Of a stretch of DNA of 33,683 bases, positions 10,349 to 19,948 are shown one piece after another. The translations under genes and the position numbers were made by a program. Below the pieces are notes generated by a model. It did not search any database and was not told the origin of the DNA. It was given only the letters and a program-made list of their open reading frames with translations. How positions within the stretch are numbered: the first letter of the stretch is position 1; the number at the start of each line of letters is the position of its first letter. Source of the DNA: a virus (taxonomy: Duplodnaviria > Caudoviricetes). The stretch lies in the IMG/VR virus record IMGVR_UViG_3300032330_000463, positions 1-33,683 of that record. One strand, written 5' to 3'.

Positions 10349-10357
10349 CCTGACTCC

Positions 10358-10897
10358 TTATGGTGTGTAACCTTGAGCGATAGAGCCGTACCAGTTAGTA
10401 CCGTCAGACACAAACGTCAGAATATCCATCTTGCCAGCAGTTGCCGTAATCGTAGGAGCACCAGCAGTACCAAACTTAACACCAGTAAACGTAGCAGTTC
10501 CTAAACCAACAGCAGCAGCTTGCTTTAACAATAAGATGAATGACTTGCCAGCCGTAGCTGTAGGCATTGTGAATGTGCAACCAACAGAAGCAGTTAACGT
10601 AGCTGTCTGGACTGTACCGTTAGTCAATGACAATGTATTTGACGTAGTAACAGTACCAATAGACACAACCGATTCAACGTAATTAGTAATTGTCGGATTA
10701 GTTATTGTTGAGCCAGTAATAGCAGTAAGAGCAGCACTAGTAGCCGTTAAAGCAGTAATAGTCGCACTTGTTAATGTGATAATTGAAGCACTACCACCTG
10801 ATTGAATCTTGTCTGTGTTTAGGTTCGTAAAGTTAGCATCAACCTCAGCATAACTAAGAGCAGAACCTTTGCCAGTTCTCGTAACGATCGTAGACAT
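10358..10897 (-). CDS. Tail fibre/structural protein
   Basis: N-terminal TRTGKGSALSYAEVDANFTNL anchor-like motif; Thr-rich strands; C-terminal DILTFVSDGTNWYG. Confidence 0.6.
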   Translation of the reverse strand: MSTIVTRTGKGSALSYAEVDANFTNLNTDKIQSGGSASIITLTSATITALTATSAALTAITGSTITNPTITNYVESVVSIGTVTTSNTLSLTNGTVQTATLTASVGCTFTMPTATAGKSFILLLKQAAAVGLGTATFTGVKFGTAGAPTITATAGKMDILTFVSDGTNWYGSIAQGYTP

Positions 10898-10907
10898 AAT
10901 TTACCCC

Positions 10908-11294
10908 TTACGCCAAAGTTACGGTTAGATTCGTAGCAGTTACTTTAAATATATCACCAGTAGATATAGTCTTACTTGTATCCAATGGAGTGTGATAAAG
11001 CAGATTACCTGATGTAACCGCATCACGAATACCTACATGAGTAATAGTTCCCCATGTACTTGTGCATTGTGGATACTCGATTGCAGAACTATTAGATGTA
11101 GCACCGTTAGACGGAGCACTAAACGTAATAGGCTGACGAACATACGAGCCACCTGTGACCTCAGTACCAGTATCGGCATCTGTAGGATCGTTAGTATATA
11201 AAGCTAAATAAGTAGTTGTCGGTGCAGTGTAACTCGTAGCACGTAACGTACCGTTAATTAGCGCGTTTTCTAGGTAGTTGCTTATTTCTGCCAT
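10908..11294 (-). CDS. Conserved virion structural protein
   Basis: SNYLENALIN, YLALYTNDP, EVTGGSYVRQ, WGTITHVGIRDA..GNLLY pattern typical of phage tail-associated proteins. Confidence 0.65.
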   Translation of the reverse strand: MAEISNYLENALINGTLRATSYTAPTTTYLALYTNDPTDADTGTEVTGGSYVRQPITFSAPSNGATSNSSAIEYPQCTSTWGTITHVGIRDAVTSGNLLYHTPLDTSKTISTGDIFKVTATNLTVTLA

Positions 11295-11297
11295 GAT

Positions 11298-11906
11298 TTA
11301 CCTCACTGACATTGACATTGGTTGACCACCGTATTCACCATTTTGGTCGGCAGTAGAAATTGCTGTAATGCTACGATCATATAAAGCCGCCCAAGTCTGA
11401 AGTCGTGCATCATTCATCAAATATGGTTCAGCCTCTCCTAATGCCGCATACAGCAAAGCATCAGGATAATTACTTAGGAATACGTTAACAATATTAGTAT
11501 CAGATAGATACTGTGGTTTCCCATAATATAACATTTGTATACTGTAAACGCTATCTGGAATAGGAGCGAATTGAATCTGTGAAGCCAGAATAGTGTAGTT
11601 TACCGGAGCGCCAGCATCAGTCGTTCTAGCTTTAGCAAAGAATGTATTAGGAGACATATACGTAACTGACGTTACTGGATTAGTACGTAGATGTACGTCA
11701 CGCATCTCTAGGAAGTCCGTAGGCAAGCCAACAGTCTCAGTACCACTTGTAGTATTAGCGCGAGCCACAACAAGCATCTGACGCGTTCTAAGGTCTCTAC
11801 GGAGCCGTTCCTCAGCCAGTTGAATAAAGTCCGGTATCTGTGAAGTCAGATCACTACGACCTAAGTAACTCGCTATCGTAGATTTTAACGAACTGTAATC
11901 CGTCAT
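11298..11906 (-). CDS. Head-tail adaptor (tail tubular protein A-like)
   Basis: YSSLKSTIASYLGRSDL..IPDFIQLAE, LPTDFLEMR, FAPIPD, YPDALLYAAL; just downstream of capsid. Confidence 0.7.
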   Translation of the reverse strand: MTDYSSLKSTIASYLGRSDLTSQIPDFIQLAEERLRRDLRTRQMLVVARANTTSGTETVGLPTDFLEMRDVHLRTNPVTSVTYMSPNTFFAKARTTDAGAPVNYTILASQIQFAPIPDSVYSIQMLYYGKPQYLSDTNIVNVFLSNYPDALLYAALGEAEPYLMNDARLQTWAALYDRSITAISTADQNGEYGGQPMSMSVR

Positions 11907-11908
11907 CG

Positions 11909-12595
11909 CTATTTCCCTAAGTTGTGTCTCTCCACAGCACCATCCTCTACATCATCCCATCGATACTCATACGTACCAATGTGACCAATATGCATAGACA
12001 GACTGTGATCTACATACGTCTGGAATCCACTATCTAAAGCCTTGACGCAGAAATGTACATCTTCGCCAATAATTCCCTTAGAACCCCAGCCTACGTCATA
12101 CCACGGCTTTTTAGTAGCCTCAAATACATCTTTGTGAATCATTACTACGCCGCCACCTACAGCCGTACAAGGCTCAATGCCTTCTTTACCTTTAGAGTCT
12201 ATTTTATGCCAAGCATGACTAATAATGTTGCCATTTTCGTCTTTATCTAGCTCTAAATTCAATGCTGTCGGCAATGTAGGCTTGCGACGAGTTACTGCAT
12301 TAACTCCGACAATCGGTACATTCCGGCTTAACAATATCTCTATCGTATCGCTAGGGAACCGCATATCTGAATCAATAAACAGAATGTAGTCGCAACCTTC
12401 TTTTAACGCAGCTTCAACTAGCTTTTCACGCTGATCGAATATCAACGTACCTGCCATTGTGTATAACTTTAAGCCGTGTTCACCTGTACCACACCGAAAC
12501 TTGCTATCTCGTCCTACCATCTTCGCAAAGTCAAACGCAAAGCCAGTATGAACCTCGTCTCTAGCTGGAACGCATACACCTACTGTTATACCCAT
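11909..12595 (-). CDS. GT-A fold glycosyltransferase (GT2-like)
   Basis: ITVGVCVP N-terminal strand, ILFIDSDM (DxD), GEDVHFC, GHIG. Confidence 0.85.
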   Translation of the reverse strand: MGITVGVCVPARDEVHTGFAFDFAKMVGRDSKFRCGTGEHGLKLYTMAGTLIFDQREKLVEAALKEGCDYILFIDSDMRFPSDTIEILLSRNVPIVGVNAVTRRKPTLPTALNLELDKDENGNIISHAWHKIDSKGKEGIEPCTAVGGGVVMIHKDVFEATKKPWYDVGWGSKGIIGEDVHFCVKALDSGFQTYVDHSLSMHIGHIGTYEYRWDDVEDGAVERHNLGK

Positions 12596-12891
12596 TAGAT
12601 ATTACCCCTATAGACTTTAAAGTGTGCATTATCGGAATCATTGAGCCACTTAGCAAACGCAGTATCATCAATAATTACAAAACCCCTCATAATTCCTTTC
12701 TTATTCAAGTCATCAATGACCGTAAAAGGTATTCGAGCTACGTGGTGTAATTCTTTAAGATTTCCTTGTCTTGCCTTGTCTGCCTCTCTGATCTGGACGT
12801 TACTTTCTAATATCTCAGTAATATCCTGTTTAGTCTCGATGATAATGCCGCCATCACCGTCCGCATGAACAACCTGTTGTCTATAGTCCAT
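12595..12891 (-). CDS. Conserved hypothetical protein downstream of capsid
   Basis: 98 aa ORF with AGGA RBS; HVARIP and KWLND motifs. Confidence 0.65.
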   Translation of the reverse strand: MDYRQQVVHADGDGGIIIETKQDITEILESNVQIREADKARQGNLKELHHVARIPFTVIDDLNKKGIMRGFVIIDDTAFAKWLNDSDNAHFKVYRGNI

Positions 12892-12899
12892 AAATCCTC

Positions 12900-12930
12900 G
12901 TAAATGCCCCCAATCCGAAGATCAGGGGCA
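12900..12930 (-). terminator. Hairpin after capsid gene (leaky terminator or mRNA stabiliser)
   Basis: UGCCCCUGAUC-UUCG-GAUUGGGGGCA stem with cUUCGg tetraloop, followed by only UUUAC. Confidence 0.7.
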
Positions 12931-12936
12931 GTCTTA

Positions 12937-13893
12937 TTAAAGAGCCATATTTAAGTCAGCAACGATACCATGAGCAGCCTCGTTTTTTACCTCCAAGCAG
13001 CACTCTACTAATATCTGTGTCTTATCACTATCACCTGCCTTAGCAAGCTCATTAGTCATAAACGGACGCAGATAAGCGATTGCAGCGTACTCAGGATCAA
13101 GGATCAGAGCATCGCGTGTACGCATGAAACGATTCGGAACAACGCTCATCGAACCAAAGTCCGACAAGTAAACGTCAGCAGCACCAACGATAGTAGCCTG
13201 AGCACCACCGTTACCACCATTGACGTTATAACGATAAGCTGACAGACCTGTGAAAGTCGAAACCTTCTGCTTGCCCAATGCGCCAACCATCAGAATCTTA
13301 GGTACGCCACCAGATACAAATACCTCTGAAACAACTGATTTCAACAGAGTCTCAGTAAATGTACGTGTATTACCGTCTGTACGAGTCGATACACCGATAG
13401 TTGTAGGATCAGCACCGTTAGTCTGAGCGTCAGAGTTAGTCTTGATCCACGACAGCAACGAACCCATCTTACGAGCAGTAGAGTTAGTTGTACCAGCCGA
13501 ACGACCTTGATTGCTCAACAGGATGGTTTCCAGATCGCGTTTGATTTCTTGCGATGCCTTAGCCAATTGATAAGCCTTCTCAGACTTACGACCTGCTTTG
13601 TTAACTGTATCCAGAGTGCCAGAGACTTTGATAGTCTTTTGCAGAATCTGAGTATAGTTACCCAAGCGAGTTGTTGGAGACAATGTAGCGTCAGAAGCGT
13701 CAGCACCTTCAACAGCAGCGTTGTTGGTAGTTGCAGCAGCCAACGAGTCCGTCTGCCATTCGTGGTAAACAGCCGTAGCTTTAGTCTTGCCAATGGAACT
13801 CATGAATGGAGTCTCAGTAGGCGAAATGTCATAAATTACGTCGGTCAGGTCTTCTCTCTGTCCAATTGCGTCATAAGCATTATAAATAGCCAT
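12937..13893 (-). CDS. Major capsid protein (DUF5309-like)
   Basis: REDLTDVIYDISPTETPF, HEWQTDSL, GNYTQI, YLSDFG, LEVKNEAAHG; follows scaffold; AAGGA RBS. Confidence 0.9.
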   Translation of the reverse strand: MAIYNAYDAIGQREDLTDVIYDISPTETPFMSSIGKTKATAVYHEWQTDSLAAATTNNAAVEGADASDATLSPTTRLGNYTQILQKTIKVSGTLDTVNKAGRKSEKAYQLAKASQEIKRDLETILLSNQGRSAGTTNSTARKMGSLLSWIKTNSDAQTNGADPTTIGVSTRTDGNTRTFTETLLKSVVSEVFVSGGVPKILMVGALGKQKVSTFTGLSAYRYNVNGGNGGAQATIVGAADVYLSDFGSMSVVPNRFMRTRDALILDPEYAAIAYLRPFMTNELAKAGDSDKTQILVECCLEVKNEAAHGIVADLNMAL

Positions 13894-13904
13894 GATTTAA
13901 TTCC

Positions 13905-14864
13905 TTATAAAAAGCGTTCAAATACACTCGCTGCATCGCGGACACTTCCGCTTGATCTAGCTCGTGCCTTTAGTTTCTTTGTTTCTTCAGCATTACTATC
14001 TCTAGGTTTGCTTACGCCTGACTTAATCGCTTTCGGAGCCTCGTTCACCTTCTTGGTGATAGCTGGCTTACTTGCGACTAACTTGTCGTACTGCATTGCC
14101 TTATACAGAGTTAGTACAGCCCGACTATCATAGACAGCCGCTAATTCTTGGTCAGAGAACCCAATCTGCTTACCAAAGGCACGAATATCATTTCTGATTG
14201 ATTCACCTTTAGTTGGATCAGTAAATTCAGGGATATAAGCTGTCAGTTTCTGCATTTCCTCAGCCACCACGGACTGCATCTGTGCTTGCCTATCTTGTTC
14301 CTGTTGCTGAATGATTCGTGATCTCTCAGCCTGAACAGCAGACAACTGCTTATCTCTCTGAACCATCTCAGCTACTTTTACAGAGTATCCAATAGGATCA
14401 GTCTCTTTCAAGTATTCAAGATTTTCCTCTTGCTGAGGCTGAAGCATTTGCTCAATCATTTCTAGACGTTGCGCGTACGTATCACGCATCTGTTTAGCTT
14501 CTTGAACTGCTTGTCGTTCAGCTTCTACTGCCTTACGATCCTCAGCTACTGCTTGCGATTTCTTGGTGTAATCCGTGCCAAGTTGATATGACTTGATAAG
14601 CTCATTAAGCGTTACCTCACGTTCTTCTCCAGCCGCTTTGACTCGATACGTGGGTTGCTCTTGCTCATCACCATCTTCATCTTGTTCTACCTCAGACTTA
14701 TCGTCTGATTCGGCATCGCTTTCGTTAGCTTCTGGCTCATGGTCTGGTTGTCCGTTATCGGAGCCTTCGTCACGTTCCATCATGCTCAAGAAAGCGTTAG
14801 CTGCACCTTCTACCGTTAACTCTGCATTTCCCTGTTCGGGAGTCGTGCTTTGAGTATCGCTCAT
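13905..14864 (-). CDS. Capsid scaffolding protein
   Basis: Acidic N-terminus, EVTLNELIKSYQLGTDYTKKSQ, coiled coil, basic C-terminus; directly upstream of capsid. Confidence 0.85.
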   Translation of the reverse strand: MSDTQSTTPEQGNAELTVEGAANAFLSMMERDEGSDNGQPDHEPEANESDAESDDKSEVEQDEDGDEQEQPTYRVKAAGEEREVTLNELIKSYQLGTDYTKKSQAVAEDRKAVEAERQAVQEAKQMRDTYAQRLEMIEQMLQPQQEENLEYLKETDPIGYSVKVAEMVQRDKQLSAVQAERSRIIQQQEQDRQAQMQSVVAEEMQKLTAYIPEFTDPTKGESIRNDIRAFGKQIGFSDQELAAVYDSRAVLTLYKAMQYDKLVASKPAITKKVNEAPKAIKSGVSKPRDSNAEETKKLKARARSSGSVRDAASVFERFL

Positions 14865-14904
14865 TTATGTTTCCTTAATTATATCGCCAACCGGACGATT
14901 CGGA

Positions 14905-15135
14905 CTACAAAATCTTTATTTTTTTTTCATCAATTAGCTTCTGATCTGCTAATCCTTGAATATGATTATCAATAGACTCTAGAACCCTAAGACGCAAATA
15001 CGACTGCTCACGTACCTCTACATCGCCATAATCACTATTTAGAAACTTGGCTAACTCCATACCTCTGAGTTCTTCCATCATCTCTATAAAGTAATCGTCT
15101 CTTAATAGGTTTAATGCCCAGTCTGATTTCTTCAC
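14905..15135 (-). CDS. Small helical protein between portal and scaffold
   Basis: 76 aa ORF overlapping the portal stop by 4 nt. Confidence 0.65.
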   Translation of the reverse strand: MKKSDWALNLLRDDYFIEMMEELRGMELAKFLNSDYGDVEVREQSYLRLRVLESIDNHIQGLADQKLIDEKKIKIL

Positions 15136-17234
15136 GCCATACCTCTAGTTAGAGAGCCTAGTTCACGTAAAGCCTTGAGTGTTAACTCAGACTGCTTGTT
15201 CTTCGTAGCCTCATCAGCCAAGTCCATAGCCAGTACAGCTTGCAATTGCTTAACTGCTAACTCAGCTTCTCTAATACGTAGATCAGCCGTATCACGCTGA
15301 TTCTTCATCTGCATTTCTATACCTTTGCGGGTATATTCAGCCTCTAGCGTTTGCTTCTCAAGGTCAAGTTTTGCCGCATCGATCTGAGACTTCGCCTGAG
15401 TCTTTTCTCTTTCCACCTGAGCCAGCATCTCAGCAACCTGTGCCTGTGCGTCCGGAGTAGGAGGTTGTGGCTGAGACAATGCAGCATTTTGCTCTGGCGT
15501 AATTTCATTCATGAACTCGTTAGCATCTTTGAAACCTGCCGATTCAATGAACTTCGCTAGAGTATTGCGATATTGACCGATAGATACCAATGGATTAGAT
15601 GGACCATATTGCTGAATGATCTGCTCCTGTTTCGCTAGAACCATCTGTAACATGGCTAACTTCTGATCTCTGTCACCTGAACCTAGACCAACATTGATAC
15701 TTATATCGTACTCGTTAGCCCATGTTCTAGGATCAAACTCAACGTATTTACCACGCATACGAACAATACGAGGCTTATCCTGATACTTGCCCAATAGATG
15801 CAAGATGCCTTTAAACAGGCTCTTTACGCCAGTCTCAGCAAAGATGCGAGCGATTAACTCTAGCTTGCCTGAGTTTGACTTCATCATTGCAGCCACAGCC
15901 GTAGCCGTAACATTGTTCAATACGTCCGGATCAAGTCCTTGTTGTGCGTCAGATACACCAGTACGTTTAGCTTGAACTGCATCCAAGTATTCCAGCATCG
16001 GCATTGCCTGACCGAATGTACTCTGTACCGATAATGGAACCAAAGCATTAGGACTTTTTAATCTGATAACTCCACCCGGTGTAGCATTAAGGAGATCGTC
16101 GATGTTGACTTGTCCGTCAACCGCGCCCATTCTAGAGTTGTTGGTAAGATACAGATTGTCTAGGCTTTGTCGTGTAATTGTGGACTTCTGAAGCTGAATA
16201 TCCATTGTCCGATCAGCCAAAGACTGACCAAAAAACTTATGCGGGATTGGTATAGGACAGATCGAATGGAACGGAACATAGTCTGTTTCCTCATCTTCCA
16301 GTATCTCAAAGCCACACCAGACGATACGGCGTAACTCAGCAATACCGTCATCATCCTCGTCAATGCGTATATAGCACTCGTATACCTCTAGCAGTTGCAT
16401 AGAGAAGTCTAGAGACGAATTTTGATCTGGCTGCTCACCATTAGGGAAACGAGCAATACGTTCACGATTGAACGATAGATCATTAAAAGTTGGCAACTCG
16501 TCAACCATATCTTTATCGTAACCAATAGCACTTAACTCTGAACGAGTCATTAATCTGCGATGAGCCAAAAACGGAGAATCTTCAATATTCTTAGCTGACT
16601 TGCTAATTAGGAATTCCTCAGGAGGCACGTTCTCAATCTTGACCTGACCTGATTTATTAGTTTTCTGAACAGATACGTTATATGTAGGAATCTGCACTAC
16701 ATTACCCATACTGTCCGACATTTCCGTATATTCTACTTTTTGCTTCTTAACCTTTAACGTCTGGTCAGATAGCAAATACGCAAGTTCATCCTCTGATAAA
16801 TTCTTGTATTCTTCTTTAGTTACGTCTGTTTTCTCATCCCAATACGATTTAACTACGCCAACCTTTTGCAGCAGAGCATCTTTAAACCAGTTGTGAAGAA
16901 TAAGCGTTCCATCATTATCACGATAGAAAACCCAATTACAGTATTCTGTAGCCTGTTTAGCTGATTCCTCGTCTTTCGGACCTTTAGGCTCAAAGTAGAC
17001 AATATCTTCAGTAGTCGTAAATACTCGCATTAACTGTGGCAATGCACCATCAATAGCCTCAGCTACCTCACCAGTTACGATCTGCGAGCGACCTTCCTGC
17101 TCATTACCGTAAGGACTACGCAGGTAATACTCTAACGCTCTACGACGATCTTCCGTAGTCTCCGTATTGAGATAACCAATAGCATTATCAATCTCATTCT
17201 CAATAATGCCTTTTACTGTGCCTTCGTCCATCAT
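15132..17234 (-). CDS. Portal protein
   Basis: 700 aa after terminase; KIENVPPEEFLI, PIPHKFFGQS, DISINVGLG; long C-terminal coiled coil (barrel). Confidence 0.9.
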   Translation of the reverse strand: MMDEGTVKGIIENEIDNAIGYLNTETTEDRRRALEYYLRSPYGNEQEGRSQIVTGEVAEAIDGALPQLMRVFTTTEDIVYFEPKGPKDEESAKQATEYCNWVFYRDNDGTLILHNWFKDALLQKVGVVKSYWDEKTDVTKEEYKNLSEDELAYLLSDQTLKVKKQKVEYTEMSDSMGNVVQIPTYNVSVQKTNKSGQVKIENVPPEEFLISKSAKNIEDSPFLAHRRLMTRSELSAIGYDKDMVDELPTFNDLSFNRERIARFPNGEQPDQNSSLDFSMQLLEVYECYIRIDEDDDGIAELRRIVWCGFEILEDEETDYVPFHSICPIPIPHKFFGQSLADRTMDIQLQKSTITRQSLDNLYLTNNSRMGAVDGQVNIDDLLNATPGGVIRLKSPNALVPLSVQSTFGQAMPMLEYLDAVQAKRTGVSDAQQGLDPDVLNNVTATAVAAMMKSNSGKLELIARIFAETGVKSLFKGILHLLGKYQDKPRIVRMRGKYVEFDPRTWANEYDISINVGLGSGDRDQKLAMLQMVLAKQEQIIQQYGPSNPLVSIGQYRNTLAKFIESAGFKDANEFMNEITPEQNAALSQPQPPTPDAQAQVAEMLAQVEREKTQAKSQIDAAKLDLEKQTLEAEYTRKGIEMQMKNQRDTADLRIREAELAVKQLQAVLAMDLADEATKNKQSELTLKALRELGSLTRGMA

Positions 17235-17261
17235 ATGCGTTTCCTCTTAGGATTTTCGCAA

Positions 17262-18536
17262 TTATACAATCCATTTTGTGTTAATGGGCAAATCTGACTG
17301 CCACGAACTCTCATTATCGTCAAGACTTATCGCCAAATAGCGAAAGGAATCTGAAGCATGGCTAGACCAGTCGTGTAGCGGCTTGTCGTAAAACACTTGC
17401 TGACGTTCGTTATATTCCCTGCGATAGTTCCTGAGAGCATCCAGACCAGTCTTAGTCTTATGATCGAACCAGCATTGTGGCAATAGCCTTCTAACGGCTT
17501 GTATACCGTCTGCAATCGATAATCTAGGAGCTACTGTTATATCCAGTCCAGCTTCCTGTAAAACCTCTTTACGGCTCTTTCCTGTTCCTAATTCTCTGAC
17601 TTCAACGTCATGCGGGAGGAATTGCGTGAATTCTTCGTAGTCGTTATCTTTGAGCCAGCGTACATACCAGTCCAAACCGACACCGTGGTTTTCCGTGAAG
17701 TCAATGAGTCGCACCTCTTTTCCAACCACCTGAGCAACCCACAGAGAAGTAGAATCAGACATCCCCAAATCCCAAGCAACATAAGACTTGCATAAGTCAT
17801 CACGCTCAATAGTGGTGATTCTGTTCTTCGCCTCAAGATCGTTGATAATCTGCCCATAATAGCTACCTTGAATAGCGGCATCAAAGGAACATTCAAATTC
17901 CTGAAAATACCTATCGTCACCCATCTCTTTACGAGCAGCCCAAAGCTCTTTCTCGCTAAGGATGCCTGTCTGACTGGCTTTAAACTCTAGTAATGCCCAT
18001 CCTTCAGCAGTCTTAGCCCTATCTCTAAAGTCTGCGAAATGGTTCCTGCCTTTAGGCGTACCAATGAATAAGCACCACGTAGGAGCCTCGTCAGTATTTC
18101 TATCCGCTAGTGCAGGACGTATAACCTCATTCCATATCTTAGGGTTCTGATCGCCTATCTCGTCAAGGATAACGCCATCAAAATACTGCCCACGCAAGCT
18201 ATCAGCATTATCAGAGCCGTACAAACTAATGCGCCTACCCCAAAAATCAACTCTAAGCTCTGAGATGTTAGCCACAGCCCCAAGTGGACGAGTAAATTCC
18301 AGCAGGTAATCCCAAGCCACGCGTTTCGACTGTGCGTAAGTCGGAGCAATATAGGCAAATCGTGGGTTTTGTTTAGTGCACTCAATGGCAGCCTTGATTA
18401 GATGGTTAATCGCGCTAACAGTCTTGCCCATACGACGATGAGCCACTACTACTGTAAACCTGTGCTTGTCTATAGCCTCATGAATAGCTATTTGCTGTTC
18501 TCGAGGCTTATAAGCGATCTCGATTACTTCTGCCAT
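17262..18536 (-). CDS. terL: Terminase large subunit
   Basis: Walker A HRRMGKT, Walker B VILDE, GTPKG coupling motif, nuclease WDLGMSD and HASDSFRY. Confidence 0.95.
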   Translation of the reverse strand: MAEVIEIAYKPREQQIAIHEAIDKHRFTVVVAHRRMGKTVSAINHLIKAAIECTKQNPRFAYIAPTYAQSKRVAWDYLLEFTRPLGAVANISELRVDFWGRRISLYGSDNADSLRGQYFDGVILDEIGDQNPKIWNEVIRPALADRNTDEAPTWCLFIGTPKGRNHFADFRDRAKTAEGWALLEFKASQTGILSEKELWAARKEMGDDRYFQEFECSFDAAIQGSYYGQIINDLEAKNRITTIERDDLCKSYVAWDLGMSDSTSLWVAQVVGKEVRLIDFTENHGVGLDWYVRWLKDNDYEEFTQFLPHDVEVRELGTGKSRKEVLQEAGLDITVAPRLSIADGIQAVRRLLPQCWFDHKTKTGLDALRNYRREYNERQQVFYDKPLHDWSSHASDSFRYLAISLDDNESSWQSDLPINTKWIV

Positions 18537-18835
18537 GTAACTACGTGTTGTTGTGCTCCACCATCAGCACCTGTCACCTCAGTCCTAGCCAGCTTAGGTA
18601 TATGGTACTCACTTAGCTTATTCATTAGATCAAGTGCCTTATAAGGATCGTCTTGAGCCACTTCATTAAGCCATCTGTCCATATTAGGAGCATTGCGCTC
18701 TAGCAGATTAGCAATAGCCTCTCTTACTACGGCTGTGCTCTTATTAACCGCGCCTTTAGGTCTGCCCTTACCCATATTAGTAAGATTAGCAGCGCGTGTA
18801 TCCTCGTCTATTTTACTGATGTTATCTGTTTCCAT
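18524..18835 (-). CDS. terS: Terminase small subunit (putative)
   Basis: GKGRPKGAVNK basic motif, C-terminal TEVTGADGG; overlaps terL start. Confidence 0.7.
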   Translation of the reverse strand: METDNISKIDEDTRAANLTNMGKGRPKGAVNKSTAVVREAIANLLERNAPNMDRWLNEVAQDDPYKALDLMNKLSEYHIPKLARTEVTGADGGAQQHVVTWQK

Positions 18836-18862
18836 TTTTGCATTATCCTTTGGATGTCATGC

Positions 18863-19948
18863 TTACTTACGTTTTTCTTTCTTAGGCATCTCTACATTAG
18901 GTTTTGCAAGCAATCCTAACGGCACTTCACTAGCCAATAAGTCTGGAGCAGCTACTCCCATTGTGGCAGCTATTGCAGCAGTTTTTCTATATGGATCAAA
19001 TGCAGCAAATCTTGAGCGTAATAAATCAGCATCATTTACAGCAGTAACGTCACTTTTTTGTTTTTTATAAAACTTATCCAAATAATCTCTAGCTTCCGCA
19101 AACTGGTTTCCAGTTACATTACTCCATGTTTCGTCTGGATATATATCATATTTATCTTTTAGATATTGTTTTGCTCTAAAAACATGGCTGTTCGGTCCTA
19201 AGTCTTTTATATTTTTTAATTTAATGCCACTAAAACCAGCATCTTTAGCTAACATAGCCAATTCATCCGTGGATGTTCCAGCATTTCTATCTAAACCTAA
19301 AACATCAATTAAATCGCCTCGTTTTGATTTTAGTATATTGGTATCTATATCATTCCAATTTCTTCCTCTTGCATTTGTTGTTAATAAATTTTGCTCTCTT
19401 AACAACAATGGAATTATATTTCCACCTTGACCAACTCCACCCAAATAAGTTTCGGCAGCAATTGGATTACTTGTTACAAAAGCACCAGCTCCTGAAGTTT
19501 TACCTTTCCCCGCGGTACTCATTGCAAGAATATCTGCATTAGTTCCATGATAAACAGGAACATCAAACCCCATTGCCTTAGCTCTATCCATAGCTGTATT
19601 GTCTGTAGGCAATCCCAATCCCCCCTTACTTTTGGGTAATGCAGCTCTTTGTTGAGCAAGCTGCAACGCTTCCGCTTGAGGATAATTTAGCTTACCAATA
19701 GTAGAGCCAGCAAAACCCATCGCTAAATCTCTTGTGTAATCATCCACCATTTGCTTTGCAGCTAATTGCTCTGGGGTAGATGGTCTTCCATTAATAGCAT
19801 TGCGTTCCGCTTGAACAGCCAATAAAGAAGCCTGATTAAACGCACCAGCTTGCTGATTCATTTGTTGCATTGCTGCGCTAGGATCATTAACCAATAACCC
19901 AAGTCTAGTACCTAAATTCTGGTCAATCCAATCAAGAATCCCTGCCAT
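18863..19948 (-). CDS. ADP-ribosyltransferase-like protein (ART-PolyVal-like domain)
   Basis: RAKAMGFDVPVYHGT, GAGAFVTSNPIAAETY, NIIPLLL, AGFSGIKLKNIKD, LRSRFAAFDP. Confidence 0.6.
   Translation of the reverse strand: MAGILDWIDQNLGTRLGLLVNDPSAAMQQMNQQAGAFNQASLLAVQAERNAINGRPSTPEQLAAKQMVDDYTRDLAMGFAGSTIGKLNYPQAEALQLAQQRAALPKSKGGLGLPTDNTAMDRAKAMGFDVPVYHGTNADILAMSTAGKGKTSGAGAFVTSNPIAAETYLGGVGQGGNIIPLLLREQNLLTTNARGRNWNDIDTNILKSKRGDLIDVLGLDRNAGTSTDELAMLAKDAGFSGIKLKNIKDLGPNSHVFRAKQYLKDKYDIYPDETWSNVTGNQFAEARDYLDKFYKKQKSDVTAVNDADLLRSRFAAFDPYRKTAAIAATMGVAAPDLLASEVPLGLLAKPNVEMPKKEKRK

Noticed and set aside
339-10897. Diversity-generating retroelement or invertible tail cassette
   Set aside because: No reverse transcriptase, template/variable repeat pair or invertase seen.
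13507-14133. 208-aa plus-strand ORF
   Set aside because: Antisense to capsid and scaffold, no motifs or RBS.
14877-14884. TATAAT upstream of scaffold gene (minus strand)
   Set aside because: No matching -35 or TG extension, and the start would fall in the RBS.
17327-18385. Short alternative-frame minus-strand ORFs within terL (also in portal and capsid)
   Set aside because: Short, fragmented and motif-free, unlike the MTase frame B.
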